From assembly GCA_907165135.1 (NCBI GenBank), contig OU015568.1:2418001-2482000 (forward strand): a stretch of 64,000 nt of DNA, read 5' to 3'. The position numbers and the translations under genes are program-made. The stretch's first letter is position 1, and the number at the start of each line of letters is the position of its first letter. Below the pieces are notes generated by a model. That model did not search any database and was not told the origin of the DNA. It saw nothing but the letters and a program-made list of their open reading frames with translations. Positions 12,236 through 25,017 of the stretch are shown here, in pieces. The DNA comes from Oikopleura dioica. Taxonomy: Eukaryota > Animalia > Chordata.

Positions 12236-15200
12236 GTATTTTAATGGCCTGCGAATGATTTCGAAACGAGCTGTCAGATTGATTTCACTTTGGCGATTGA
12301 TCAGTGCACGATTTACAAACTGAAAAGCCGAACAACACGCACTAAACACGACTTTTCAAACAGTTGTGGCGGCGAGAAGAAAGCTAGACGGTTCCTAAAA
12401 ATAGAAAAATCCAAAAATGGATTTTCAAGATTGATTGTCGTTAGATTTTTCAGGCCCCTGACTCAGGTTTTTCGATTTGTTTTCCAAAAATTGCGCCCGG
12501 AAGCTTTATTTAGTAATTTCTAGAGCTAAGGAGTAATTTTTGATATCTGATGGCCTCAAAATTTGATCTTGCGAGACCCGAAAACTGCCAAGGTTGATTA
12601 ATTTTTACAAGCGGAACGGCTCGTGTGGCCCTGTAAAGCCAAGTAGGAGTTGATTATTTTTCAACTGTAAAACCATGTTCTCGTCTTTCTGGGGTAATGA
12701 TGTCGTGGCACATCGATTGGACAATTAGCGGAAGGCTTTAGAAAACGAAGCTTCAATACTGTAGAAGTCCTGCTGGGCGGTGATTTGCCGCCCCGAATTA
12801 CTGTCACATAAAACTCGATAATGTACTGGGCCCTGATCGAATTGAGAAATTCAAAACTAAAGGGGCATCCTTTCTCGATACTTATTCGAACGCAAAGGGG
12901 AGGTATTCGTAAACGATCTTATGTTACGAAGCATCGAAGGATGTTCGACAGAGCGAGTGATGTCCGGAGCGGGGCGGCGCGAACTCTTGATCCCCTTCCG
13001 GGAGCGATTCCGACACGGAGCGGCGCCAATTCTTGAGAGGCATCCTCCAAATTCCGCTGCTTTTATTTCGAGCACCGCTCATTACAAAAAGAAATATTAA
13101 CCTCGAGTATCATTATTCTGGGCTGGTGGGTCGATCTTACGGTCTTTTTACTGTAGTGTCATTACAGTAAGAAGATAACCGCGGTTAACCACGGTTCAAC
13201 AAGTTTTGGCGAGAAAACTGCGCAAGATTAAGAATGAACCTTGATTCCCAGTCCCAGACAATCTTCATCCTCTTGGATTAGGTCGAGTAAAGTCACGTGG
13301 TCACGCGCAATTGAGTCCGTATTTCAAGGGGAGCTGAATATCCTCCCCAAACAATGGCAAATCCGAGAATTGTTTCAATTCTCAAATTCAAGGGGACTTT
13401 TTGCATAAAGACTTTGAGGGCCCTCCAGTCATTTAGTCGTTCATTCTCGATGGGTTAAAATTTGGAAGCCATTAGCTTGAATGTTTGTTTCACAAAGTTG
13501 TGAATTTCTGCCGAACCCTTTTTACGACAATTTGAAAATTTGCTCTGCACACCAACTTGACGGAATGCACATCCTTTCTTGAGAACGGCAATTTTTAACG
13601 GAACTATGAAATATTTTCATTGCTTTTGGTTTTTTCTCAACTTCAAGTGCCAAGAGCTAAAATTGACGGAAAACCATAATTTCGGATTTTCCCGTTAAAA
13701 ACTAGTCTTATTATTATCTCTTCACATTCGATAATAGATAGTTAATGAAAACCTCAGTTTCAATGCGGTCAGCGTTTATTTAGCTCTAAATTTATTTACT
13801 AAACTTCATTCAAAATATAACTGATGCTATCCTCAACTTTACGGTGTTTGATAGCCGTAGTCACGTGAATGTTATCGATCACTCGCGTTAATTCTACGAT
13901 AACAAAGGTATATTTTGATAAATCTGATCGGCGATGATGATGGATCGCACACTCGTGCACTTCCGGAAAATCAAAATTTTAAGTTGCTTTGGTTACCGAT
14001 TTTGTCAGGGTCTGCTCTAGTAAGCAGCTAAAATGGAAGGCTTCTCAAAAAAGGGTAAAGGCCGGAAATGAAGGGCGATCAGAGGGATGGAGCTTGAGCC
14101 GGAAATTACAGCGTTTGAAGATTTTCTAAGTCATTGGCTTTTTTGTCAGAAAACAATAATTAAGTATGGCAAGAAAATTAGGATATATCTTCATAAAGTC
14201 AATGAAAATCGCCTTAACTAACTTTCATGATTAATTTAAACCAATATCTGTCCCCCTAAATCCCTTCAAAATCAAATCAAGCCCGGATTCACTACAAATC
14301 CGTGTGCTTGGATAGGCAGTGAAAATATTTTGCTGCTTAGTCCTTGGCGGCCGCCAGTGGGTCTTTAGCTTCGACTTGGCGGCGCCGGGCCGCTGCTCCG
14401 CTCGATTCCTTCCCAGAATTCTTCCTTTCGAAAGGTTGAATAGTAGCGAGCAAGATCATTAACGGATCGGCTTACCTTTGATCTAGGCGGCGAAATTGAC
14501 CGCTCATGTGGACTCATGCCGGATCATTTCCGCAATTATAAACAGCCGAGAGAAGCATTATTAGCTTCGCCACGGGAGAGCTCAAACTCGAGCCAAAAAA
14601 TGAGGATGATGAGCAAAAAAGAGGTCCTCGAATATAGACAACTATGAGTTTAGGCAATGATCGAATTAATGATAGGATTTTGCAAATTTTATTGCCCCTT
14701 AGAAACCCATTGGATTCTCAAAAAATAATTTCTAAAAGCCGCCAACGGAGCGTGCCAATCTGTGGATCTCAGAATCCCTCGCCCCTTGACTGCATTTGAA
14801 TCGCGCTCATCAGATAATTTTTCTTCTAAGTGTCCATTTTTGGCAGCAAAACACATCTAATGACGCGTGAGAAGCTGCTTACCTCGCGGGGCATAATTTT
14901 ACGTCGCTCTCGACAAAAATCATAATCTCGATGGACAAGCAAAGGCTTATCCCATTATTCGCAATTATGAAAGACTAGGCAAATGTCATCGAGGCAAATT
15001 TCAAAGCGAAAACTATACGAAATTATCGTTAAAGATAAATTTGTCATGGAAACTCTCCATTTTCTGGTGGAAAAGAAAACTCTGAATTTGATTTCACGAA
15101 AAAACCATAAATGGCTTTTTTATTTTATATTTTTGGATTTTTCTATTCATAAATATTTGATTTATTTGACATATCATATGCAAAAGAAGAAGTACAAGAA

Positions 15201-17545
15201 GAACACAGAAAAATCAATGATCACTAAGTCTATCTAGATTCTACCCATTATCAGTTATTTCCTAATGATCTGGCTTCGATTTGAGTCCTAGTTTCTGTTA
15301 TTTTGGGTTGGCTTGGTCCAACAAAAGCCAGCTTTATCACCTTGGCCTGAGTGTCCTTATTTTCATTTTTTTTTTCTAAGAAAAAAGAAAATCACCCTGG
15401 GTGATCTTGAAAAACGCAACTTTTTAATAAACAAAGTAAAAGATAATGGCCCCGTTCGGCTCTGGCCTGATGGGCGTCCTTTTATTTGGAGATAATGAAG
15501 GTATCGAGTTCGCCGAAAGAAATCCTGTCGTTTTTCAGCGGGACATCCTCCCAGACTTCCTCAGCTTTGTTGGAGCTTCTTTAGATTCCAACAATGTGGT
15601 GGTAATTTCTGAACAGCCAAATATACAGATCATCAATTATTTAACAACGCTTTTGTTACTGAAGCAAGGCGGTCAGAATTTTTCATAAGATGGTTACTCT
15701 CATCGTTTTTTGCTCAATGAAATTTTAAGACTCTTACAGTCACTCTTTCGTTTTCTGACAGAATTTTTTCTTGGTAAAAAACCTGAAGCAGGATTTGAAA
15801 AGCGTTTTTCTAAATTCTGACTCAGGTTTTTTACACAAGTTTCTCAGGCCTTCGATGGATAATTCCAACCGCGGTTAACCGCGGTTCGAAGTAAGTTAAA
15901 AATTTGATGAGTAAGTAAATCTCATTTTGTGGGAATCGAATTCCCTGTAAACATCGTTTTTGGCAAAAATCAGTGTCGTCTTTTTGCCCCCACAGACAGT
16001 CGGCACCACAGGTAGCCGTTTGAGTTTAACTTCTGCGGAAATTGAATCTGGCTGATTTGTAGTCTCTCTCTTGACGATGTCCGGGGCCGCCAATCCGGCG
16101 GCAGCGGGGCGCTCCCGGAAGTGCCCCCGAAAAATAACCACCTGAATAAATTAGCATTCTGTACTGATTTCCTGCATTTCAGACAAGCAAAACACAACCA
16201 CTTCAAAAATTTTGATAGCTGGAACTCTGCTTGTTACAAAATGCTTGTTTTTTCTGAAGATCGTCAATTGACGATTGTTGAGAAAACAGAACTCAAGCCG
16301 AGTTGAAAACAAATCAGCCGAGCACGACCGGGTCAGCAAGCTCGGTGACCCCGACCGGGAGGTGATGACTCACATGGATAACTTCATTTCGTTCCTGCTT
16401 TGGAGAAACCATAATGTAAGAATTTCTAAAGATTTTAAATAAATTTAAGCTTCGTGGAGTATGACTTACAATTAATACATTTCGATTTCATCTAATTCCC
16501 TCCACTACCACCAAATCGCTATAGTAACTTAATAATAAATTAATAAGAGTTCTCCTAAAATTAGTCTAAGGGAAAAACTCCGCTCAAGACTCACAAGGTT
16601 GATGTTTGCCACATGACGTGTCATTTCGCTCCATCAAATGCTGGCATACTTAGGCCATAACCACGGCCATAATTGACGGCAGTAAAAATGAAATATCTCC
16701 GAGTTTCAAAGAAGCGCGCCTCGGAAATAGGCCTAAGAGCCTTTCAATCAGGCCCCGGACAGGGATGTACATTCGCAGTGGGGAAATCGCAGAAACCTTC
16801 GCAGTGCGACCTGCGAACTGCGGAATTTCGCACTTCGCAGCGCAGTCAGAGCAACGTATGCACATCGCACCGCAGTCCGCAGTTTTCGCAGAATTTTCGA
16901 GAACTGCGAATTTTCCACGGTCATTTTCCGCAGTTTTTGATTAATCTCGCAGTTCGCAGACTGCGGATTCTGCGGTCATTTTCCAGCATTTTTTTCAATT
17001 TTTTCTCTTGTGTGTTACTGGAAATACACGAAAAATAGGGCGTCGTAAGAATGGTCTCCATTTGTCCAAGTCGCCGTTCGCCCAACTTGATCAAACTTTA
17101 AATCAAAACCATAATTGAGCTAAAAACAGTGATAATTTTAATTTTTTAAATAATGGGTGAGGGAGGGGTTGGGGACAGAACTGAGATTAATCAACTCATA
17201 GTTCAAAGCCTTTGTCAAGCCCCTTAAACTTAAAAATCATGGAACGGGGCTGAGACGGCCCCCGGAATGATGACCTCGAACTGGCTAGAGCGAAAAATCC
17301 GGCGACTTTTTTGATGGATTTCAGGCTCGTGGCGAAAGAAATATTAGTGAGGAAGATTGAGGGCGATCTGATGATTCTTCTTTTATGATTTGGATTGAAA
17401 ACTTTTTGATACCGCGAAAAGATAATAATAAGGCTTCTAAGAATGACGATTTTTGATTGAAATTTTTGATTACAAAAGTAAGTCAGAATCCGAGTTGCAA
17501 ATTTGCCTATTTATGGGCCTATTTCGCTGCCCTTTTTCAGGGGTC

Positions 17546-17872
17546 ATTGAGCTGAGCTGAGCTGAGCAGACCTTTTTTTAGGTAGTTGAGCTGAGCCGAG
17601 CAGACCCTAAAAAGAGCTGAGCTAAGCTTGGTGAGCTGAACTGAGGTGTTTCTCACTCTATTTTTAGTTGTTAAAATGTTATAAAATCATCGAGCTGAGC
17701 TGAGCTTAGCTGAATGATACTTATTTGAGCTGAGCAGAACTTATCAAATTAGGAAATAATTGAGCGGACCTGAGCTGAGCTGAGCTGACCTGAGTGATAA
17801 TTGTCTGAGCTGAGCAGATCAGATCATTTTCGAAAATCACTAAGCTGAGCTCAGCTCAGCTCACTCTGCTCA
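17546..17872. repeat. Degenerate repeat built from (GAGCT)n / (AGCTC)n pentamer arrays
   Basis: Many gagctgagct units across the region and inverted ctcagctcagctc units at the right end; no clean TSD found. Confidence 0.55.
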
Positions 17873-18295
17873 ACAAATTTGGAAATAGGGTAGGCCAACC
17901 GAAGGAAAACCGGCATTTTGAAGTCGAAAAGAACAGTATTTCGGGTCGATTATATAAATTAATCGGGAGGGTAAAATTGCGTCCCCTCTTTTTGCGGCGG
18001 GAATGATGTCTTAGAAGCCACTTCCGGCGTCAGAGTGGCGCCGCCCGATCGCCCCTCCGTTGATTTAACCACTGCGCGCGTGCGTGGCTCCCCGGCGCCA
18101 TCCTGGCCGCGCGTTTTTACCCTCCCGCGCCATCTACACCGTTTTTTCGCCGAGTTTCGCTAATTCGCCAACGCTCGCTAAAAATTAAAAAAACGAAAAC
18201 CAATTTCAATCAATCCAATTTACAGGAAACCGATTTTTTTACATGAACAAGTGAATACTTATCGAATTAATCAGAGTTAACGAAGAACCACAAAT

Positions 18296-21200
18296 ATGGC
18301 AAGAAGAATAGCGCTTCTAGTGCAGACGATCGGTAAGTGAAACTTGCAGTGTGTAATTGAGGTTTCCTGGTGCATGGCGCCGGAGAATTAGAATTTTCTA
18401 GAGCTACCCAGAGGGTTGGAAATCATGTTTTTATGACATTCTTTTCGAATTTTCGAATCCTTTCTAAATTTAATCATAATTTATTTTCCTTCGTTTTGTT
18501 TTGTCTGGCAGACAAATCAGCTTGTCTACCAGACAAATCCATTTTCACCGAAATAATGTATCCCTTATACGCAAATACAGGCAGTTTCTCCTTCTTTCAA
18601 CAGAAGGATTAGCTCCCTTCTCTAGAATTTGTTGTGTTTCCTCCCTAGCTCAAGCGACGTTAAATCCCCACCGGGAGGTCGGCCGATTATTGTCTCAGAA
18701 AACGGGATTTAATAAAGTGACCCGAACACAAACTCTACCGAAAAAGTCTCCTCTAAGAAAACATAATATTGACTTCTGAAAGCGCAAACATAAAGCTAAA
18801 GGAATTCGCTCCAAGAAAAAGGAGAAAAAACTGTCTTTCAAAAAAAACGGTTTTAAAAAATCGGTAAATAACGAGGTCAAGAGAGCAAAAAGCACGAATC
18901 TTAAGGGTCCTCCAGCCTTGATTGTGTATTTCCTCAAGCGCGGCTTTTAAACAAGAATCAAAAGACAATTAGAGTACGAGACATATTTTACCTTCAAGGG
19001 GATCGACTCAATAAAAAAATCGGCTAATCCTTTCAAAATTCCATTCTTTTCCAAATATTTTGCCAAGAAGAAAGCTTGTATAATGTATATCATCTACTGA
19101 GCATTGTAATAAAAGACGCTAATGGTAGGCCAGCGAAACTATTAAAACAATCATTTTCCAACGGGAGCGTAACTCACCCACCGCCAGAGTGGAGACATTC
19201 TGACCTTTTGGGAGAAAGCGAAACGCGCTAGTTGGAGCTTTCCAGCCAAGATTAGCGAACTTTGCGCAGATTCAACTCTTAGTACCTTGATTATTTTTAA
19301 CAAATAAATAAGTGTCTGTTAGACAATCCATGCGTAAACATTCAATCCATCATTCATTCGATCCGCAATATATCGAAATATCGAAAAAGAAGCAAAATAA
19401 TCTGCCAAACCAATAATATCTACATATATCTATAAATATCTTCCTTATTTTTGAAGTGCTGTTGCTGTAATTATATAATTTATTTGGACATCAATAAACT
19501 CCAGCTTATCCCTGAACAATAATCCGGCTTTGCCTCGGTCGAATTCTGGCACAGTCTCAAAATTTATACACTAATCCCAATTCAGTATATTTTCAAGTTT
19601 GACCCCGAATAATTTGTCTTTTGAAAGTGCGCGCAAATGTATATTTCCAGCCGCTAGAAAGCAAAATAAAACAAAACGTTTGTTGTGGCGCCGCGACTTG
19701 AAAATATCAAAAAGGGGGAGAGTATGCTTTATTTTGTGGTAAAAAGTGAATACAAATACTCCCATGTTACATGCTTTAGCCTTATACAAATAGACGCGGG
19801 AGCTTTTCGAAGGAAAATAAATCGAATTTTTACCATTTTTTTCTTTCAAATAACAATTTTTTTCAGTCTCTGCTGCCTTCCCCGAATTCATACTCGTCCC
19901 AGAGCAACAAAACTACCTCCTGGAGTCGCAGAAGTCGATCGATCTTCAGTGCGTCTTTCAAAACGCCGACGAAATCTCCTGGAAATGCAACGGCAGATCG
20001 GTTCCGGACAAAAGCTTCTCAGTCTCGGATGAAGATGGCGTCGTCAAATCCGTCCTTACTGTTAGCCGAATGGATGTCCTGTCATTCTTCGGCAATGACG
20101 ACTACTGGTGCATGTGTCAGATCCGAGATGGGAAAAATTCGGAGCAGTCTGGATGGGTCAAAAGCCAGCGATCCTTCATCGTTCATTCTTGTAAGTTCCG
20201 GGAATCTATCAAAAAATTCAGCTTAGAGCCAAGTTTGAAAATTGAACTCATCCTTTTCTTTAAGATCTTCACAACAAATTCCAAAAGCCTCTTCCCCAAT
20301 CAGGCGGAGTAAAATTCGGAGAGAAGTTTGTCCTCGATTGCCGGCCCCCAGCTGGGAATCCAAAACCATTAGGTACGTTTTTAATTCAAAAAGTCCATCC
20401 GGAAAATGCTCGTTTCGGGGCGGATGATCCTCGTCCCGGAAGTGCCCGAGGTTGATTTAACCTGTCAGGGCTTCAACCTTGGACCACTTCTTATTTTTAA
20501 CGTCAATCCGCCGCCAGAGTACTTCCGGTCACTTAATCATGCTAAAATCGATGCTTCAGTTTCGTGGCTCAAAGATGGTGAGCCGATCAAAATCGACGGC
20601 GAAAACTACGAATTGACGAGCCAGGGCGATTTGATTGTCAATACTGTTGACAAGACTGCGGCCGGCAATTACACTTGCAGAGCCAGCTCCGTTGTTGGAA
20701 GTCGTCTTTCGCCCCCGGCTAGTGTTTTTGTCTACAGTGAGTTTCAGATTTCCGATTGAAGAACATATTCTAACCCCCGCTTTCAGCCGAGCCAACCTGG
20801 TCTGACTGGTCAGATTGGTCCGCCTGCGAAGTCAACAACGACTCCGGCTGCGGCTCTGGCTACCAAAAGCAAACACGCTCCTGCTCTAACCCCCTTCCAA
20901 TGTACGACGGAGTCAAATGCCGTGGCCCAGCAAAACGCCTCGAAAAATGCTTTGTTATGTGCCCAAACGCTCGCGGGAACAGTTTCAAAAGCATCGCCGC
21001 TTCTGATCCTTTAGAAAATAATCATGATGAAGGTAAGAAAATAGCTCGCTCTTGTATAATTACGAGAAAGGACTTCATTGAACATTTAACGACAGACACC
21101 GCGCCAAAATGGCACCGAAAGTGAATTTTTTGTTTTGGAAAATAAGGTGGGAGCTCAAAGGAAAATTCACTGTGGCGTTTTTCCGAGACTTTTGAAGTCG

Positions 21201-22138
21201 AAAAATCTTAGAAAAAATCAACTTTCCAATTAAGTCACTTAATAAAATCCTTGATAAATAAATATTAACAGAGCCGCTACCCGGCTCCGACCAAGAAAAG
21301 CCGCTACGCGGCTTCAGAAACAAATTCCATTATCAACATTTTTTAACTTTGCAAACTAAAAGTTTATATATTTTCCAAAAATTGCTCCAGCCCACTAATC
21401 GGGCTGTTAAGGCTCTGTGTTTGGTTGTTTTTTTTCTTCGTTCTTTTGGAACTAGAGTTTTAACGTTTTCAATTTCAGAGAGCGGCGACTTGGTGGTGGT
21501 GGCGTCGGTGACTGGCGCCGCCTGTCTGCTTTTCCTGCTCGTCGTGGCGGGCGCCCTTTTCGTCAAAAACCGGCGCAAGTTTGACTACTTCAAGCACAAT
21601 CCCCACAAGGGCGCCCAGTTTACTGCCAATCGTAAGTGGACTTCAGCTTTCTTATTTCTATATTTAGCCGCGGTATAAAATCGAAATAGCGCTGCATAAA
21701 AATCTTATGATTATTGAATTGAGAAGTCTATTTTTATTTATTTCATTTTTAGAAGATTTCGATATCATCCGCGTCCCAACTCACGCTCCTGAATACTCGG
21801 CCTTGACCAGCAGAAAAGACGGCCACTTCGAAACCATCGAGAATCTGCTCTACAGATCTGAATGCTCGAAGAAAACGACTCTCACGGATCTCGGCTCGAA
21901 CGGCTCTTCCAACTCCGATGGAGTTTACCACCACGTCCCAACTTTCCCAGCCAAAGGGCCAGCTGGGCAGAATGCGACTTCTTACCAACCAGTACCTCAG
22001 CAAACATCTCCTAATTCTCCATATCACCCAGTTGCGCCCAATCAGCGGCCTGCTAGCCCTCTTATGCAACCCCCAGTCTATCAATATGTCAACCCGTATT
22101 CCTATTCTTACAATCCCAATCCTCATACATCTCGTTAA
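18296..22138 (+). CDS. UNC5: UNC5-like netrin receptor (signal, 2 Ig, 1 TSP1, TM, short Pro/Tyr-rich tail); 7 exons
   Basis: Phase-consistent GT-AG exons: 18296-18332, 19867-20190, 20265-20372, 20560-20736, 20787-~21031, 21479-~21631, 21753-22138. Motifs WKCNG...DYWCMC, YLHNKF...LDCRPPAGNP, SWLKDG...GNYTCRA...VFVY, WSDWSDWSAC...RSC and TM VASVTGAACLLFLLVVAGALFV follow the UNC5 ectodomain order. Confidence 0.8.
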
Positions 22139-23038
22139 AAGGAAATTACAGTCAGATAATACCAAAAGAGTAATATCGTCGATTGAAATATCTCTATCTT
22201 GCACATTTCTACCCGTCATTTTTCCTTAACTGTAACTCTTACTATAACTGTGTAAAAATATCTATTTTCGATGCCTTAGACGTACTGTATATTGTCAACA
22301 ACAACACTTCAAAAATGATAAATAAAGATTCTAATTTCGAAAAATTCGGTTCTCTTCGTTGATTTCAGTCGGCAAAAAGGTACTTTCGCTGAAATTTGAT
22401 CGTAATTTTACACTTCAACTATCTTAATTGAGGGATAAAAGAACTTCAATCTTTTTATTTGAATCTTGACAAGATCTTAAGTGTTGTAATTGAGTTCTGA
22501 TTATCAAGTTTTATTGTTATTTGGTATATCTTGAGTGTTTGAACATACGAAATTATGTTAATTTTCTTTTATGGTCAATGTGTCAAATGATGCTACTCTT
22601 TTACAGTTGATAAGTTGGGAGAGACTAATGCCTGCCTGTATGTATACTATTCTCAGATATACAGGTAGGGGATTACGGATCAACCCTGCGGAAAGTCGAT
22701 AGAATGCGGCGAAGATGTTTTCAAATCAAAAAGTCAAATGGTAGAGAGAAAAAAATGATAAAGGCACCAAGAAACAGGTAGGAGAGTCGATTTTAATAAC
22801 TGAATGATTAACTTTTACAAACAAGAACACGGCAGAAACTAAGGGCCACGATCACCTTATTAATAAGCCTATGAATCCCTAATGAAGCGTCTTAGACTCT
22901 TAGAATCGCCGGTTTTTACTTTTTTCCTAGAAAAAATACAGAAATGAGCGTTTACCATCTTGGAGTCAGATTTCCAGCGTATGCTTTTCATTCTGATAAG
23001 AGACTAAAAACAACCCTAGAAATGCGAGAATACCGAAA

Positions 23039-24771
23039 ATGCTCATGTCGGACGAAGTCATCAACGCCGTCTTTCCCGACACCCTAAGACAGCGGGCACA
23101 GAAGCAGAAATTAATTAATAATAACTATTACCGACAGTCGTTCATTTTTATTGACAGTAATTTATTAGAGCGTTCCTTTTTTCAAAAAAAAAGAGATCAT
23201 AGAGGAAATGATGGGAAATAAGTTTTGCGATATAGATTGTGGGATTAGTCTGAGCCCGAGTAGTCAGAAGATTTTTAACGAAATTTATCCAGATCCGCTA
23301 ACGGGGAAATATGGCATCGCAGGTACGAATTGAAGTTTGATCGATTCCATTTTATTTATAACAATTTGATACATGCATTAAACAATTAGGGCTCCGAACC
23401 TTCTCCTTCATGTCTTTCGGCCGACAACTGCTCTATCAGCTTACAAGTTCTTTGTTGTTTATTGCTTGCGGCTTGTACTTGCTCATCAATCGCCCTTTTG
23501 CTGGAATTGGAACTGGTTCTTGCAGAGAAATTATTTTCAACAAGATAATTGCTGAACCAACATAAAGCAGTAGAACCTCTTTTAATTGGATTCCTGATGA
23601 TAATCGTTTCTTCTATCGCTTTTTGTACAAGATCATTAAGAAAAGTGCTTTTAAAAAATAGACAGCAAGTTTATGCACCGCTAGACTAGGGCAAATGTAA
23701 TCAGCATCTTCGAAGAGGACTACTTTTGACAAGATTCATGGCATTTATCTTTGCTGGAATCATGTTTGCCTTGATATTCATGGTGTTAAGAAATGGTAAG
23801 AGCTTTGATTAGATGTTATTATTTGATGTATAAAACACTTTTGAGAGCTTGTTAGAGCAATTTAAATGAATCTAACATTGTCCCAGACTAAGGTTCTAGA
23901 AAATGTGGTGATAACTTTTAAGGTAATCGATATTTTTCGAATCTAACATTCATTTAGACCATGATAAAATCATGAGGATAAGGTCTTCAAGCGACGAAGT
24001 AACAGATTTATGGTGTTTGATTGTGCTCGGGTAAGCTTGTTTCTTCTATGTTCATTTCTTGTTCTTCATTCTTTCAACTAGCCAAATGATCACATGCTTT
24101 CCAACATACAGTGTCACAGATTTTTAAAATGTCTTCCCTAGTATCGCTTCCATGATCGACTTTTGTATGGGTTTGGCCGTCTGCACGACACTTTTACGAT
24201 ACGCAGATATCACAGACTCATTGGAAGTTTATCAGGAGGCTTTGAAGTCGAAGCTAGAAGGGCGTCATCGAAATACGAGGATAAAGGCTAAAATAAGTTA
24301 ACCCTCATTATCTTTAGCTATATTCTTTAGATAAAAAGGATAGATAAACAGCTGAAGCCAAGTTGATAAACAATATAGTCTATATGATATACACTAAATA
24401 AAATGCCGGTTAACCATCTTTCTCAAGATGATAAAGTCGATAACAAACTCATCATTGTTTTCTTTTATTTATGAAAATTCAGACAGATAAAGGAATATAA
24501 TTTACTTTATCAGATTCAAAGACGAACATCTAATCTATCGCATAAACTATAAAAGGGAATCAAGTATGAATTGAATAGCCTCAATAGATTCCATGTTTCG
24601 AACTATTCCTCTGGCAGTGGAAGCTCGATGGAAAATTATTTACCTGGTGGACATACCAAGCAGAAAAGCCACTATTTTGTTGGTTCTGACGTCGAATGCC
24701 TTTCTGAAGTAGGGCACGATTGTATGCAAAAAATGGCCGAATTTGATGAAGCTCATCAGGAATCACTTTAA
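23039..24771 (+). CDS. Uncharacterised multipass membrane protein (multi-exon, boundaries approximate)
   Basis: Spliceable hydrophobic segments GLRTFSFMSFGRQLLYQLTSSLLLLLAACTCSSIALLL, EPLLIGFLMIIVSSIAFC, FMAFIFAGIMFALIFMVL and SIASMIDFCMGLAVCTTLL, then the C-terminal ORF 24571-24771. No family recognised. Confidence 0.45.
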
Positions 24772-25017
24772 ACTCATTTTATGATATTAAGATTCGCAGT
24801 TTGAGATGACTATAAAATTTTAGTTAATTGTGCTTCTGAAGCTTTTGAACTAATGTTTTAAGAGTCGATCAAAGAAAGAAGACATCGAAATGGAAACAGA
24901 AATTATGTGCAATAACGGCGATAATGATCGAGTTTGAGGACATGTCCTTTTCATTGTTATCTGCAAGTGTATGTACATTTAATTTGGTATTTACATTAAA
25001 AGGGGCAGAATTAAATT

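Larger units (their letters stand above)
6758..12354 (-). pseudogene. Putative host exon (hydrophobic, GPCR TM7-like) interrupted by the LTR element
   Basis: Removing the element and one TSD joins the flanks in frame as ...FEIIRRPLKY|LNLISVLQGLQGAILVFFK. A candidate acceptor gaaaag lies at ~12355 and a candidate donor aag|gttaga at ~6758. Confidence 0.4.

Noticed and set aside
14560-16414. Exon-like pieces (GDNEGIEFAERNPVVFQRDILPDF...; NSSRVENKSAEHDRV...)
   Set aside because: Probably coding, but I could not build a consistent model or assign a family.
16770-16975. Dense tcgcag / ctgcg short repeats
   Set aside because: Irregular spacing, no constant repeat-spacer structure and no defined TIR/TSD; not CRISPR-like, probably a decayed repeat.
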